Shown one piece after another: positions 1 through 64,000 of a DNA stretch of 64,000 nucleotides. How positions within the stretch are numbered: position 1 is the first letter of the stretch; the number at the start of each line of letters is the position of its first letter. This DNA is from Lytechinus pictus (Eukaryota), in assembly GCF_037042905.1 (NCBI RefSeq), contig NC_087252.1:23872001-23936000 (forward strand), given 5' to 3'. Under the pieces are notes generated by a model that was not told where the DNA came from, did no database searches, and saw nothing but the letters and a program-made list of their open reading frames with translations. The position numbers and the translations under genes are program-made.

Positions 1-181
1 AAATCAGACACAACTTGCTTTTCAACCAATGAAAACTGTGCATTCGAGAATTGCACTTGATTCTTGAGTCACACTTAGACATAATTCTTTCTGTAACGGG
101 CCACTGGTCTTACAAACCCATGCAATGTTCTTATTAACCACGGGATCTGAGGATGAGAATTCAATCAAAATAGGAACTTAC

Positions 182-63970
<63,789 letters not shown>

Positions 63971-64000
63971 CTGCAAGGTAAAACATGATGATGATGATGA

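Overview
AT-rich animal genomic DNA; the repeat content suggests a marine invertebrate deuterostome such as a sea urchin (inference). The whole window lies inside one large minus-strand gene whose start and end fall outside it. I traced 64 GT-AG exons by hand (8334 nt, about 2778 aa, open throughout). They encode a bead-on-a-string extracellular protein of 20 Ig-like domains, each split into an N-half and a C-half exon, interleaved with 24 short 6-Cys EGF-like domains. Every exon, including the half-Ig exons, is symmetric phase 1-1. Main hunt results: (1) a 6-kb intron inside one Ig domain hides two paralogous 33-nt phase 1-1 microexons and further candidate micro/terminal exons behind 166-324-nt AG-free zones; (2) four local duplications of a splice acceptor plus exon start (decoy acceptors); (3) a Penelope-type minimal hammerhead ribozyme inside a 151-bp inverted-repeat element; (4) a SINE with a 7SL/Alu-like head. 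The introns also carry many MITEs (some nested), tRNA-derived SINEs, L2/CR1 3' ends and simple repeats. All calls come from reading the sequence; no database or RNA evidence was available.
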